Below, one piece after another: positions 63,093 to 64,000 of a stretch of 64,000 nucleotides of DNA. The stretch is from Paramecium tetraurelia. Lineage: Eukaryota. The notes under the pieces are model-generated. The model saw only the letters and a list, made by a program, of their open reading frames with translations. It did no database searches and was not told the origin of the DNA. Position 1 is the stretch's first letter. Each line of letters starts with the position of its first letter. The position numbers and the translations under genes were made by a program. The stretch lies in assembly GCA_000165425.1 (NCBI GenBank), contig CT868671.1:625027-689026 (forward strand), given 5' to 3'.

Positions 63093-64000
63093 ATGAATAT
63101 ATTTAATCAGCATCACTTCACTCCTGAGACTCCTTAGTTATTACAAAATTTAAATTTAAGAGATAGCTAAGCTGCAAAGAAGCTAATATAATTATTATGT
63201 CATAGTAGTGAGATCTAATTTCCTCCAATATAAAATACAAAAATCAAATTAAGTGAGTATATGGAAAGCCTAACACAAAAACCGAAGAACTTATTTTAAC
63301 AATGTTCTGAAAAAATTTATGACATTTTTGGATAAATGGATAATAGAACAATTATCAATTCGATTTTAGATCATTTAGATGAACATTCCTGTATCAATGT
63401 GTTAATGTTGTTTTATAAATGTTTGTAGAATTCTGGCTTAAAATAATAAATCTATGAGGATGGGTATTAAATAAAATATCATATAGCTATTTATCCGAAA
63501 TCATTGAAAAATTTGAAAATGCTCTAACAACTCCAAATTCGATTTATATGAAATTATCCAAACTAAGTACCACAGGAGACTTTCATATGAATTTAACCAA
63601 ATTTTTATTGACACATTATCCAACTGTTTATTCAAAAGAAAATAACCTTTAACCAAGATAATCAATTTAAGAAAATTCTTTTTAAGTAGAGCCTTCCAGA
63701 CAATAAAACAAAAATTTCAAAATACCTCCTTTAAAATTACCTTAAAATAGTTTAGAAATAATTGGCGTGATGACAAGATCAACAAGGAGAGCGGATCCTT
63801 TTAAATCATATTCTACATGTTCTAATAGGTTCTCGCATTCAATTGATTCTGCAATTAAATTTACAAGTGGTTCTTAAGCAATTCATATTGAAGAAGATTA
63901 GAATTGCAAATTAAATGCAAAAGAAAAGTAATATATCCTAAATTGATATTAGATTATAAAATTTAGCATAATTATTAGGGGGTTATTGTTTGACTCAAGA
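63093..64000 (+). CDS. hypothetical protein, truncated by window end
   Basis: ORF MNIFNQHHFTPETPQLL... with an intron near 63928-63952; still open at 64000. Confidence 0.6.

Noticed and set aside
1..64000. CRISPR arrays, prokaryotic operons or defence systems, transposons, telomere repeats, rRNA/tRNA
   Set aside because: No repeat-spacer pattern, transposase or RT motif, terminal inverted repeats, C4A2/C3A3 tracts or cloverleaf was seen; the DNA is intron-containing eukaryotic sequence.
1..64000. Retained IESs interrupting genes
   Set aside because: Nearly all frame breaks examined were explained by GT..AG introns. TA-bounded IESs cannot be called by eye in DNA this AT-rich.

Overview
This is AT-rich, gene-dense eukaryotic DNA that reads as ciliate macronuclear sequence, most likely Paramecium. 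Long ORFs appear only when TAA/TAG are read as Gln and TGA is the sole stop (genetic code 6), and genes carry tiny (~20-31 nt) GT..AG introns. The supplied standard-code ORF track is therefore mostly fragments or antisense shadows. Manual code-6 translation gives about 28 genes: a PAS-domain membrane protein, tRNA isopentenyltransferase, BAF60/SWIB, a COPI-associated protein, ADP-dependent glucokinase, a trichocyst-matrix-like protein, a giant TPR/IQ protein, a degenerate PP2C, a CAMK-type kinase, a PX protein, a DH-PH-PX-FERM RhoGEF, a Cys-rich multipass protein, a divergent PABP, CDPK, Prp3, an IP3R/RyR-type Ca2+ release channel, PCNA, a Rab-like pseudo-GTPase, LRRC49, a CNBD cation channel, a START protein and several hypotheticals. 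I saw no CRISPR array, mobile element, rRNA, tRNA or telomere repeat, and no clear new multi-gene system. The best leads are the RhoGEF domain architecture, several proteins with degenerate catalytic or ligand-binding sites, and extreme gene packing. All family calls are motif recognition by eye, not database results, and gene boundaries are approximate where stated.
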